From Bacillota bacterium (GTDB lineage: Bacteria > Bacillota > Negativicutes > Sporomusales > CTSoil-080): 64,000 nt of DNA. The notes beneath the pieces were generated by a model, which made no database searches, was not told where the DNA came from, and saw nothing but the letters and a program-made list of their open reading frames with translations. A program made the translations under genes and the position numbers. This document shows positions 55,815 through 64,000 of the stretch, one piece after another. Position 1 is the stretch's first letter; each line of letters starts with the position of its first letter. The DNA is taken from NCBI GenBank assembly GCA_017889625.1, contig JAGGAD010000002.1, positions 119,940 to 183,939 on the forward strand, given 5' to 3'.

Positions 55815-56300
55815 TCAGCAAGGTTCTAAACTTGCATTCATCAGCCAAATCTGTTTTTCGAAATAGCAAATAGCTTCGGTAATCAAACCTATTGTACATT
55901 CATCTGAGGCTTTTTTAGCAAATGCTTCAATCTTACGTAACAATCTAACAATACAACTAAAATCGTTAATAATCATCTGGGTAACTTCTTCTGTGGTAAA
56001 TGGTTTGCTAGATATGTCGGATATTGTAGCGGCCTGCAGATATTCATGCATTGAGGCGAGCGGCATATACTCCAAAGCTTTTATTCGTTCGGCAACTATA
56101 TCTAGTTCAGTAGCCATCTTTTCGTATAATTCTTGAGTTTTAGCATGTAAACCAAAAAAACCTGCCCCAACTACATTCCAGTGAAAATTGTGCAGCTTGC
56201 TATATAAAATGTTTAAATTTGCAAGATAAACATTTAGGCCTTCGGCAACTTTGCAAGCGTTAGCAGGATTAAAGTCGCTAGAAAAATATTGTTTGTTCAT
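55815..56300 (-). CDS. dps: Dps-family ferritin-like DNA-protection protein
   Basis: LYSKLHNFHWNVVGAGFFGLHAKTQELY...DIVAERI is typical of Dps. GAAGGAGG precedes the ATG at 56300. The ORF-track extension to 56558 is rejected. Confidence 0.85.
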   Translation of the reverse strand: MNKQYFSSDFNPANACKVAEGLNVYLANLNILYSKLHNFHWNVVGAGFFGLHAKTQELYEKMATELDIVAERIKALEYMPLASMHEYLQAATISDISSKPFTTEEVTQMIINDFSCIVRLLRKIEAFAKKASDECTIGLITEAICYFEKQIWLMNASLEPC

Positions 56301-56334
56301 AGTACCTCCTTCTAGACTTTTTAACGGAGTATAA

Positions 56335-56628
56335 TTATTCTTCCCGACGCGGATGACAGGGCCGTGGATAACATTGATGGGGATAGCAAGGTCTTGGCGA
56401 GCAACTAAACGGGGCACACAGGTTCGGCAAACAGATGTTGGGATGGCATGTTCTGGGATAGCATTGGTTTGGATAACATTTTCGTGGTGCGCACTGTCGT
56501 GGTAAACAGTGTTGTTGTGGTGGACATTGGCGTTCGCCGTTTTCCTCATACTGTTCAAAATAATCTTCTATATCATAATCTGCTATGTCGGGATCGTCAT
56601 AGTTACGATTGATTGTCAATTTAATCAC
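56335..56628 (-). CDS. Small protein with an acidic N-terminus plus a 12-Cys (C-x-P-x-x) pentapeptide repeat array
   Basis: The 97-aa ORF has 12 Cys, each followed by x-Pro, with 10 consecutive 5-residue spacings (CLPRQ CAPRK CYPNQ CYPRT CHPNI CLPNL CAPFS CSPRP CYPHQ CYPRP CHP) at nt 56350-56526. Start support is weak (a GTG close to AAAGGA). Confidence 0.55.
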   Translation of the reverse strand: MIKLTINRNYDDPDIADYDIEDYFEQYEENGERQCPPQQHCLPRQCAPRKCYPNQCYPRTCHPNICLPNLCAPFSCSPRPCYPHQCYPRPCHPRREE

Positions 56629-56804
56629 ATCCTTTTGATAATAGTGATTCTAATACATAATATGCTTACACTTGTTGATGGTGAATGCTGGGACTTGACG
56701 ATATCATCATTCCGACTTTCCGGAAGTTATCCTTACTAATGGCAAATTACATCCAGTATCGCTTCGATTAGCGCAGGGAAAAAATTATACTATTAGAGAA
56801 TGAT

Positions 56805-56846
56805 AATAGACCGTTAAAAAACAACAATGTTCTTTAACGGTCTATT
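56805..56846 (-). terminator. Intrinsic terminator after the diguanylate cyclase gene
   Basis: The stem is aatagaccgttaaa / tttaacggtctatt. Confidence 0.7.
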
Positions 56847-56853
56847 TATTAAT

Positions 56854-58935
56854 TCAGGACGGAGAATCAGCGATTATCGTTTTATTGCGCCCGGTTTGCT
56901 TCGCCTGATAAAGAGCTTTATCGGCGGCGGCAATAAGTGATTCCGGTTTGTAAGAAATATCGGGGATCATTGCTACAACACCGAGACTGACAGTAACAAC
57001 GCAACTAATTAAAGATGGTTCGTGGTTAATAGCGAGCTTTTCAATATTTTTGCGAATCTTTTCTGCCACAGTAAAGGCGCCGTTAATATCTGTATCCGGC
57101 AGTATTATGGTAAATTCTTCGCCGCCATATCGGGCAGCTAGATCATAAGCCCGTTTAATGGTCGTTTTTAACACGTTGGCGACTTGTTTTAGACATTCAT
57201 CGCCGGCAAGATGACCATAGCTGTCATTATATAATTTAAAGTAATCAATATCCAGCATAATTAAGGCTAACGGCAACTGGCTTCGAGCTGACCGCTGCCA
57301 CTCTAACTCTAGTATATCATCAAAATAACGGCGGTTCGAGATACCTGTCAGCCCATCGGAGATACTAAGCTGTGCTAGCTTTTGATTCAATTGAACCAAC
57401 TCATTTGTTCGTTCGGCCACGCGGGCTTCTAACTCTTCATGGGACTTACGGAGAGCAACTTCCGACAGTTTGCGTTCCGTAATATCGGTTATAACTCCGT
57501 CAAACCACATAATATTGTCCTGCATATCGTTAGAAGCAATATCAATCATTGAGCAAACAATGGGCGTGCCATCTTTTTTTTGCATTGGTATTTCATTATT
57601 GTTAATGATGTTATTGAGGCGGCTGATCGGCTTTTCCGGGTGATTTTGGAAATAGTGTTTGAAATATAGCTCATAAGCCGGTATGGTTAAAAGCTCTTCT
57701 ACTGACTCATAGCCCAAAATATTGGCTAAGGCTGGGTTAGCCTGAAGTAACGGTTCATCCGGGTTTATGCTCCGGCGGTAGATGCCGATACTGACATTAT
57801 TGACCAGCGTGCGGTATTGCTGTTCGCTTTCCCGGATTGCCGCATCTCTTATCAACAACTGGGAGGCCATATTATTAAAGGTAGTGATAAGCTGGCCAAT
57901 TTCTCCTTGGGATGTAGCCTTGAGCTGTATTGATAAATCGCCCTGCGCCAACCGCTTAGTTGCTTCCGACAGACGTGCAAGCGGTTTAGACATTGTGTTT
58001 GCCAGGGTTAAACCTAACAATAACGCTAAAATGCAAGAACAAATTATGGCAATCATGCCGGCCGTATTGGCCATGATGATATCAGCCATTGCTTCATCTA
58101 AAGGTTGCTGAACAATAACGCCCCAACGGGCGAAAGGCAGATAACTATAGCCGGCTAATTTTTTTTGATTGTTGTATTCATATTCAATAATTCCGGCTGT
58201 ACCACTTAGGGAAGCTTTTACTGGTGCTAGATTTTTAGTAACATCGCTAGAGTCAACGAAGGCTCCATTAGTATGCAACAGAATTTCTCCCGCTTGATTT
58301 ACAACATAATAATAGCACATATTTTGGAGTTTCATTTCTTGTAAGTAGCGGTTCAAAAATTCAGGATCGAGGCCAATCATTAATACGCCGATTACAACTC
58401 CCTGGCTATCTTTAATCGGAGCGGCGAGTACTATTACAGGCTTTCCAGAAGTTTTAGCTATTAGCATATTAGATATAGTGCAAGTACCGGTTGCTAGCAC
58501 CTGTCTGTAAAATTCATGCTCAGTAAAATCAGCCGCCGGATCAAGCGGTTTGCCGTCAGATCGCGCAATTTGTTTTCCGGTTAGATCCCCAACTGTAGCA
58601 AATTGTAGTTCAGGGTACTGGTTAACCATAAATTCTAAAATGGGTGTTTGTTCATCTCTATCCATCGATGTTATTTCTGCGGGGATAGAAAAAAGGTTTA
58701 GAATTTTAATTTTATCGTCAATTAGCCGATCCAATTTTTCAGTGATATGTTCAGCAGCAGCCAGGTTGCGTTCAAATACTACTTTTAATAAGAATGGCTT
58801 ATACCAGTGCGAGGTTATGAAATACATAAATGACATGGGGACCACTATCATGATAACAAATATCACACTTAGCTGTTGGCGGAGACTAAGATTGAGTAAG
58901 CGGTTGAGGATAAGGGCATGTGTGCGTTTAATCAA
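56854..58935 (-). CDS. Membrane sensor diguanylate cyclase (Cache-like periplasmic domain, HAMP, PAS, GGDEF)
   Basis: Two TM helices flank a domain of about 250 aa. The HAMP region is PLARLSEATKRLAQGDLS. A PAS region follows, then GGDEF with RYGGEEFTIILP. Confidence 0.85.
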   Translation of the reverse strand: MIKRTHALILNRLLNLSLRQQLSVIFVIMIVVPMSFMYFITSHWYKPFLLKVVFERNLAAAEHITEKLDRLIDDKIKILNLFSIPAEITSMDRDEQTPILEFMVNQYPELQFATVGDLTGKQIARSDGKPLDPAADFTEHEFYRQVLATGTCTISNMLIAKTSGKPVIVLAAPIKDSQGVVIGVLMIGLDPEFLNRYLQEMKLQNMCYYYVVNQAGEILLHTNGAFVDSSDVTKNLAPVKASLSGTAGIIEYEYNNQKKLAGYSYLPFARWGVIVQQPLDEAMADIIMANTAGMIAIICSCILALLLGLTLANTMSKPLARLSEATKRLAQGDLSIQLKATSQGEIGQLITTFNNMASQLLIRDAAIRESEQQYRTLVNNVSIGIYRRSINPDEPLLQANPALANILGYESVEELLTIPAYELYFKHYFQNHPEKPISRLNNIINNNEIPMQKKDGTPIVCSMIDIASNDMQDNIMWFDGVITDITERKLSEVALRKSHEELEARVAERTNELVQLNQKLAQLSISDGLTGISNRRYFDDILELEWQRSARSQLPLALIMLDIDYFKLYNDSYGHLAGDECLKQVANVLKTTIKRAYDLAARYGGEEFTIILPDTDINGAFTVAEKIRKNIEKLAINHEPSLISCVVTVSLGVVAMIPDISYKPESLIAAADKALYQAKQTGRNKTIIADSPS

Positions 58936-59399
58936 TCGGATTGCAATCCTCCTTTTCAGAAAAAGTAGGTAAGAAATATAGAATCATTTCTAGGGTTGAA
59001 TTTATTTAATTTATAAATAACATTATACTATACTGATTGCTATTTTGTATAAAAAATCAAGCATTGTCAAGAAAAATAGCTAATATACTGCAGAATCATC
59101 TAAAAAATGCCCCAAAAATGGATATTAGGAAAAATTTGAGTAAATTGGAATTTATTATAGCCAAAAGACCACACCAAGTAAAGAATGTGATCTTTTGGCT
59201 ATAATAAAAAAAGAAGGAAAAAAAAGGAAATAGGCGTATATAATTAAATAGTAAATTAAGTATTAACCAAATCTGAAGAAATTTACCGGACGCTTATTGA
59301 AGCTAAGGTTTTTGATACTAATATGATTAATGAAATATATTTTCAATTCACTAAATAAGAATAACAAGGGATAAAAATACATAATAAGGAGTGGTTATT

Positions 59400-60560
59400 G
59401 TGGTAAACCGTATCATCCTAAATGAGACTTCCTATTTTGGGGCTGGTGCAATCAGTGTGATCGCTGATGAAATTGCCCAGCGGGGATTTAAAAAGGCATT
59501 TGTGGTAACCGACAAAGACCTGCTCAAATTTAATGTGGCCCAAAAAGTTACCACACTCTTAGAAACCGCTGGTATTCCCTATGAATTATACAGTAATGTA
59601 AAATCTAACCCGACGGTGGAAAATGTTCAGACGGGGGTTAACGCCTTCAAAGTATCGGGGGCTGATTTTCTCATTGCCATTGGCGGCGGCTCGCCGATTG
59701 ATACCGCCAAAGGAATTGGTATCATTACTAATAATCCTGAATTTACCGATGTAATATCATTAGAAGGGGTAGCCGCTACTAAAAATCGAAGTGTACCTCT
59801 TATTGCCATACCTACCACCGCCGGTACTGCCGCTGAGGTAACTATTAACTATGTTGTTACCGATGAAACCGCGGTTAAAAAAATGGTCTGCGTCGATCCC
59901 AAAGACATCCCGGTAATAGCTATTGTCGATCCAGAAATGATGGCGTCGATGCCCAAAGGCCTTACGGCATCAACCGGGATGGATGCACTGACTCACGCTA
60001 TTGAAGGCTATATAACGAAAGGGGCCTGGGTACTTACCGACATGGTTGAGCTCAAAGCCATTGAGCTTATTGCAAAACATTTGCCTACGGCTGTAGCTGT
60101 ACCTGGCGATCTAGAAGCTAGGGATGGCATGGGAACAGCTCAATACATTGCCGGAATGGGCTTCTCAAATGTTGGGCTAGGAATCGTTCACTCAATGGCC
60201 CATTCCTTGGGCGCAGTATATGATACTCCGCATGGTGTGGCTAACGCATTACTTTTACCGTATGTTATGGAATATAATGCTCCGGCAACCGGTGAAAAGT
60301 ATCGCGAAATCGCACGTAACCTTGGTGTGACCGATGTTGACAGTATGACTGCCGAACAATACCGGACTGCTGCCGTAGAAGCGGTGATTACTTTATCTCA
60401 AACTGTTGGCATTCCACAAAAACTAGTAGAAATTGGAGCGAAGGAAGAAGACTTGCCCAAACTGGCTCGACTGGCTTATGATGATGTCTGTACTCCCGGT
60501 AATCCACGCGACACTACCGTTGATGAAATCCTTGGAATATATCTTAAAGCATTTGGTTAA
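59400..60560 (+). CDS. Iron-containing alcohol dehydrogenase (lactaldehyde reductase/FucO-like)
   Basis: NRIILNETSYFGAGAI, GGGSPIDTAK and the His cluster HSMAHSLGAVYDTPHGVANA are present. GTG at 59400 follows AAGGAG. Confidence 0.85.
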   Translation: MVNRIILNETSYFGAGAISVIADEIAQRGFKKAFVVTDKDLLKFNVAQKVTTLLETAGIPYELYSNVKSNPTVENVQTGVNAFKVSGADFLIAIGGGSPIDTAKGIGIITNNPEFTDVISLEGVAATKNRSVPLIAIPTTAGTAAEVTINYVVTDETAVKKMVCVDPKDIPVIAIVDPEMMASMPKGLTASTGMDALTHAIEGYITKGAWVLTDMVELKAIELIAKHLPTAVAVPGDLEARDGMGTAQYIAGMGFSNVGLGIVHSMAHSLGAVYDTPHGVANALLLPYVMEYNAPATGEKYREIARNLGVTDVDSMTAEQYRTAAVEAVITLSQTVGIPQKLVEIGAKEEDLPKLARLAYDDVCTPGNPRDTTVDEILGIYLKAFG

Positions 60561-60676
60561 AAAATCAACCCATAAATTCCCATTATAGTGGCGGTTATGT
60601 TATGATGAATAGGGTTGATTTATTCGAATTGTTAGAACAACCTATAGTAAAAACAAACGGAAGGAAGCTTGAAAAA

Positions 60677-60925
60677 ATGAACAAGGAAATTTTTGCTGAT
60701 GGTATTAGCGCTATCCACGTGACTGGGAATCTCGTCCGGATCGATTTAATGTCATTACAGCCGCAATTGAAAAACGATAACAGTCAGCCGGTGGTTGAGG
60801 TGAATAAAAGAATTGTTATGCCGTTGGAAGGGTTTGTAAAAGCGTTCGACGTACAACAAAATATTGTTAATCAGCTTATGAAAGCTGGAGTGTTGAAAAA
60901 AAATGATCAGCCGCAAGAGATGTGA
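60677..60925 (+). CDS. Hypothetical small protein
   Basis: GGAAGGAAG precedes the ATG at 60677. Upstream ATGs at 60602/60605 are possible alternatives. Confidence 0.4.
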   Translation: MNKEIFADGISAIHVTGNLVRIDLMSLQPQLKNDNSQPVVEVNKRIVMPLEGFVKAFDVQQNIVNQLMKAGVLKKNDQPQEM

Positions 60926-60933
60926 AATTTTTG

Positions 60934-61446
60934 CTATACGCCTTTATTAAGTACATAAGTTTTGTATTTTAAGGCTAGTCCATAGAGGAGGGCGTTAATA
61001 TCGAGAATATCTATCTTGGTGTCGCCGTCCTGAAATGGAAAAACAACATAATCTAAAATAATATCGTTTTTGTTGTAATCTGTGATTTCCAATAGCTGTG
61101 TGTGGATATCGTTGGATTGTAGGTTGATACTGATTATCATGTGTAAAGATAGATGGTCAAATTTTTGAAAGTCTTTATCTTGAAAACCAAATTTTTTCTT
61201 TGCTTCCAATCGATATTTAATACCTTCTTTGGTTGCTTGAGCTTTAATCCAGCAGTTTAATATAATTGCAGTTTTGTTGTTGCTGATACTGACCTTTATT
61301 TTGTTGGTGTCAAGATAATATAAGTATTTTGGGCCTGTTAATATTTTATAATATTGCTCTTGGCAGTAACCTTGTTGGAGTGAAAAGCCACTTATTATAA
61401 CAAGCGTCAAAGCCAATGAGGTAATTATGTTTGTAAACCTAAACAT
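60934..61446 (-). CDS. Hypothetical secreted protein
   Basis: It has a signal peptide (ITSLALTLVIISGFS). AAAGGGA precedes the ATG. No motif was recognised. Confidence 0.5.
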   Translation of the reverse strand: MFRFTNIITSLALTLVIISGFSLQQGYCQEQYYKILTGPKYLYYLDTNKIKVSISNNKTAIILNCWIKAQATKEGIKYRLEAKKKFGFQDKDFQKFDHLSLHMIISINLQSNDIHTQLLEITDYNKNDIILDYVVFPFQDGDTKIDILDINALLYGLALKYKTYVLNKGV

Positions 61447-61768
61447 GCAATAGATCCCTTTAGTGTTTTATTGTAATAATTTACTATAAATGTAAATTAC
61501 CCTGCCTATTGCTGTTAAATATTTAACTAATTGATGATATTTATCTTAGAAAGGCTGAAGCCTGGGGTGTAATTAACACTCCGGGCTTCAGCCTTTTTTG
61601 ATATATTTAAATAGAAGCCATGAAAGGATAAAGGGCATCACTTATTTTAAAAACTCGCGCCTTTTCTCAATGCCTCATGCACTCATGCGGTCGTTTCTTT
61701 CATCTTCCCTTTTAAGGGGCAGTTCATCGCTTTTGTTGTCGATTTAGGATATACTCACAAAAAAGCAC

Positions 61769-61799
61769 TTGACTTGGAGCTAACTCCGAATGTTAGACT
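61769..61799 (+). promoter_or_regulatory. MerR-type promoter (19-nt spacer with an internal dyad)
   Basis: TTGACT (61769-61774) is followed by a 19-nt spacer containing TTGGAGCTAACTCCGAA, then TAGACT (61794-61799). Confidence 0.65.
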
Positions 61800-61818
61800 G
61801 AACCTCAAGGAGGTAACT

Positions 61819-61890
61819 ATAACGATTGCATAAGCAAGTAAACACTTTGGGGTCTCTCTAGCTACGTTACTTTTTTATAAAAGAATTGGT
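61819..61890 (+). pseudogene. Remnant of a MerR-family regulator N-terminus (HTH), start lost, stop gained, body deleted
   Basis: After AAGGAGG the frame reads (ATA)-T-I-A-stop-ASKHFGVSLATLLFYKRIGL, which resembles the MerR HTH (TIGELAK..GVS..TLR.YE..GL). It runs in frame into the flavoprotein ORF. Confidence 0.55.
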
Positions 61891-61929
61891 TTGTTTAAAA
61901 AAGAACTATTGAATATGGAGAATATAAAA

Positions 61930-62465
61930 ATGAGCAAAAATGTATTGATATTATCTGCCAGCCCGAGGAAAAGCGGAAACTCCGACCTGTTATGCGACCA
62001 GTTTATGCTTGGAGCAAAAGAAGCTGGTAATCAAGCGGAGAAAATTTTTTTAAGAGATATAAAAATCAATTATTGTGTTGGATGCTATGCCTGCAAAGAG
62101 AAAGGCATAGCATCCAACACAATGACATGGCTGAAGTTCTGGAGAAAATGATCGCAGTTGATGTGATCGTGATGGCAACGCCAGTTTATTTTTATACCAT
62201 GGACGCACAGATGAAAACGCTGATTGACAGAACCGTTTCAAGGTATACTGAAATCAGAAACAAGAAAATGTATTTTATTGTGACTGCCGCTGACAGCAGC
62301 AAGCAGGCTATGGAAAGGACTCTGGAAGGATTCAGAGGATTTACCTCCTGCCTTAGCGAGGTAGAAGAAAATGGGATTATCTATGGAACGGGTGCCTGGA
62401 ATATCGGAGATATTGAAGGACAGCCAGCAATGCAGCAGGCATATGAAATGGGTAAAAACGTATAG
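61930..62465 (+). pseudogene. Flavodoxin-like NADPH-dependent FMN reductase/iron-sulfur flavoprotein-like gene, frameshifted
   Basis: MSKNVLILSASPRKSGNS...INYCVGCYACKEKG is in one frame and ...SIQHNDMAEVLEKMIAVDVIVMATPVYFYTMDAQMKTLIDR in the next. The switch maps to the 62092-62123 hairpin region. Confidence 0.7.
62072..62123. repeat. Perfect 20-bp inverted repeat inside the flavoprotein gene
   Basis: attgtgttggatgctatgcc (62072-62091) and ggcatagcatccaacacaat (62104-62123) are exact reverse complements with a 12-nt loop. Confidence 0.9.
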
Positions 62466-62480
62466 TCAGGAGAAACAAGC

Positions 62481-63776
62481 TTGGAGCAAAAGTCTTTAGC
62501 AATAAAAAAAATATTTACGAATCAGGATTTGTACAAATTATTTCTGCCAGTTATCGTAGAGCAGTTTTTAGAATATCTGGTAGGATTGGTAGACTCAATC
62601 ATGGTAGCGCATGTCGGGGAATCAGCCGTGTCTGGCGTATCTTTGGTGGATTTCGTCATGGCATTGCTCATCAGTCTGTTCGCAGCTATATCTACTGGTG
62701 GTGCAGTCATTGCGGGACAGTATATAGGCAGGAAACAAACGGAAGAAGCAAGAGAAGCAGCGAATCATCTAGTATGGTTTTCCGGTGTCATATCCGTCAT
62801 AATCATGGTCATGATTTATCTAGGGAAACCGCTTATTTTAAACGGTCTGTTTGGGCAGATTACGGATGATGTACGCAGGGATGCGAATACCTATCTGATG
62901 ATTACAGCGATATCAATTCCGTTCCTGGCACTATATAATGCGGGAACTGCAATATTCCGTACTATGGGTAAATCCAAACTGCCAATGAAGATAATGCTGT
63001 ATATGAACATAGCCCACGCGGTAGGAAATGCAATATTAATTTACGGCTTTCACTTTGGCATAGGGGGTGTTGCTATACCGACTTTGATAGCACGGATTGC
63101 GGCTGCGGTTATTATAATCATGTTGGCTTTAAACAAAAAACATTCAATATATATAACGAAAAGTTTAAAACATAAATTTGACTGGTCGATGCTCAAAAGA
63201 ATTTTAAGCATTGGTGTTCCATATGGATTGGAAAATGGTTTGTTCTATCTGGGAAGAATTATTGTACTTAGTCTGGTTGCTACTTTTGGTACGGCGGCAA
63301 TTGCGGCAAATGCGGTGTCCGGTACTATTGTTATGTTTCAGGTACTACCTGGGATGGCAATTGGTCTTGGATTAACTGTAGTTATAGCAAGATGTGTCGG
63401 CGCAGGAGATTATGAACAGGCTAAATATTATACCAAAAAGGTTATGGGTTTTGTGTATGCGGCCCATTTGGTGAGTTGTGCAGTGGTACTTGCCTTACTA
63501 CCTTTCATTATGGATGTTTATGGATTATCGAAGGCTGCAACTTTGCTGACCGTGCAAAATGTTTGGTGGCATGCGGCATTTATGGTTGTAATTTGGCCGC
63601 TTGCTTACACCTTGCCAGTAATATTTCGAGCAGCAGGGGATGCTAGATTTCCAATGATTGTTGGTACTTTGACCATGATTTTCTGTCGTATTGCACTAGC
63701 TTATCTGCTAAGTATTTATTTTAATATGGGAATGTTCGGCACATGTGGAAGTTGGACTAAATTTCAGGCAATTTAA
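62481..63776 (+). CDS. MATE-family efflux transporter (possibly truncated at the 3' end)
   Basis: It has 12 hydrophobic segments and a MATE-like N-terminus (LFLPVIVEQFLEYLVGLVDSIMVAHVG). The last residues (GMFGTCGSWTKFQAI) diverge from the usual hydrophobic MATE C-terminus. Confidence 0.75.
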   Translation: MEQKSLAIKKIFTNQDLYKLFLPVIVEQFLEYLVGLVDSIMVAHVGESAVSGVSLVDFVMALLISLFAAISTGGAVIAGQYIGRKQTEEAREAANHLVWFSGVISVIIMVMIYLGKPLILNGLFGQITDDVRRDANTYLMITAISIPFLALYNAGTAIFRTMGKSKLPMKIMLYMNIAHAVGNAILIYGFHFGIGGVAIPTLIARIAAAVIIIMLALNKKHSIYITKSLKHKFDWSMLKRILSIGVPYGLENGLFYLGRIIVLSLVATFGTAAIAANAVSGTIVMFQVLPGMAIGLGLTVVIARCVGAGDYEQAKYYTKKVMGFVYAAHLVSCAVVLALLPFIMDVYGLSKAATLLTVQNVWWHAAFMVVIWPLAYTLPVIFRAAGDARFPMIVGTLTMIFCRIALAYLLSIYFNMGMFGTCGSWTKFQAI

Positions 63777-63947
63777 CTGAACGTGGAGCTTGGAAGACGG
63801 GAGAGCGTTATAAAGGGAGTTGACAAAATGAGAAAATTAACCAAATCTCTCAAGGAGAAATTAATAGTACGGTTGAATGTATTAATAGAACTAGAAAAAT
63901 GCCGTTTTTCGGATGATATACAAAAATTATCAGGATCAAATTGACCG

Positions 63948-63978
63948 CTTGACTTGGAGTTAACTCTAAGTGTTATAA
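63948..63978 (+). promoter_or_regulatory. Second MerR-type promoter (19-nt spacer), followed by an RBS at the window edge
   Basis: TTGACT (63948-63953) is followed by a 19-nt spacer with TTGGAGTTAACTCTAAG, then TATAAT (63973-63978). CAGGAGGTGAAA follows at the window end. Confidence 0.65.
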
Positions 63979-64000
63979 TATCGGATATCAGGAGGTGAAA

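Noticed and set aside
55815-56558. A 247-aa ORF that extends Dps with a His/Asn-rich N-terminus (MNSMRKTANANVHHNNTVYHDSAHHEN...).
   Set aside because: A strong RBS (GAAGGAGG) and the ATG at 56300 give a normal-length Dps of 161 aa. The extension is the out-of-frame reading of the 15-nt periodic Cys/Pro repeat DNA, so it stays open as a side effect of the repeat.
62050-62241. A 63-aa minus-strand ORF across the 20-bp inverted repeat.
   Set aside because: It is an antisense artefact of the palindrome inside the flavoprotein gene.
63838-63954. A 38-aa ORF (MRKLTKSLKEKLIVRLNVLIELEKCRFSDDIQKLSGSN) after the MATE gene.
   Set aside because: It is short, has only a weak RBS, and overlaps the -35 of the second MerR-type promoter. 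It may be a remnant, and there is not enough evidence to call it a gene.
1-64000. A search by eye for rRNA genes, tRNA genes and CRISPR arrays.
   Set aside because: I found no conserved T-loop GGTTCGAATCC-type tRNA signatures outside coding sequence, no rRNA-like stretches and no repeat-spacer arrays.

Overview
The window reads as a chromosomal segment of a spore-forming diderm Firmicute, probably Negativicutes/Sporomusaceae-like. This taxonomic call is inference. It rests on a TonB-dependent receptor, ExbB-ExbD-TonB, a lipid-A-type acyltransferase and beta-barrel OMPs sitting beside AbrB, YtxC, T-box leaders and strong Gram-positive-style RBSs.

Layout:
1. 2.8-13.4 kb: an 11-gene, tightly coupled TonB-dependent/ABC import operon. 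Four enzyme-like genes (radical SAM, an unknown 373-aa protein, an FmdE-domain protein, an O-methyltransferase) sit between the binding protein and the permease. This is my best candidate for an undescribed system.
2. 15.4-19.5 kb: arsR-arsC-arsD-arsA-acr3.
3. 19.8-26.7 kb: a thiol-rich metal(loid) locus. It holds a CorE-like ECF sigma factor, an AhpD-like protein, a DGC-domain protein, MarR-hgcA-hgcB (the mercury methylation pair with the NVWCAAGK cap-helix motif), a PAT/ArsN-like GNAT, an SDR and orphan FixCX.
4. 27.9-37.8 kb: a mosaic, decaying region. It contains an SOS-boxed Y-family polymerase pseudogene, four copies or remnants of a 79-aa partner gene, a duplicated OMP block with a covarying inverted repeat, an MFS exporter and a visibly G+C-richer 611-aa beta-solenoid-like protein.
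5. 38-61 kb: mostly housekeeping genes (map, acyltransferase, ytxC, T-box-thrS, TetR-MFS, argD, T-box-ilvB, MarR-MFS, GltS-like protein, dps, diguanylate cyclase, Fe-ADH), plus an odd (CxPxx)n Cys/Pro repeat protein.
6. 61.7-64 kb: a decaying MerR-controlled detox module.

I saw no rRNA, tRNA, CRISPR, intact IS element or prophage genes. All family calls come from motif recognition by eye, not from searches.
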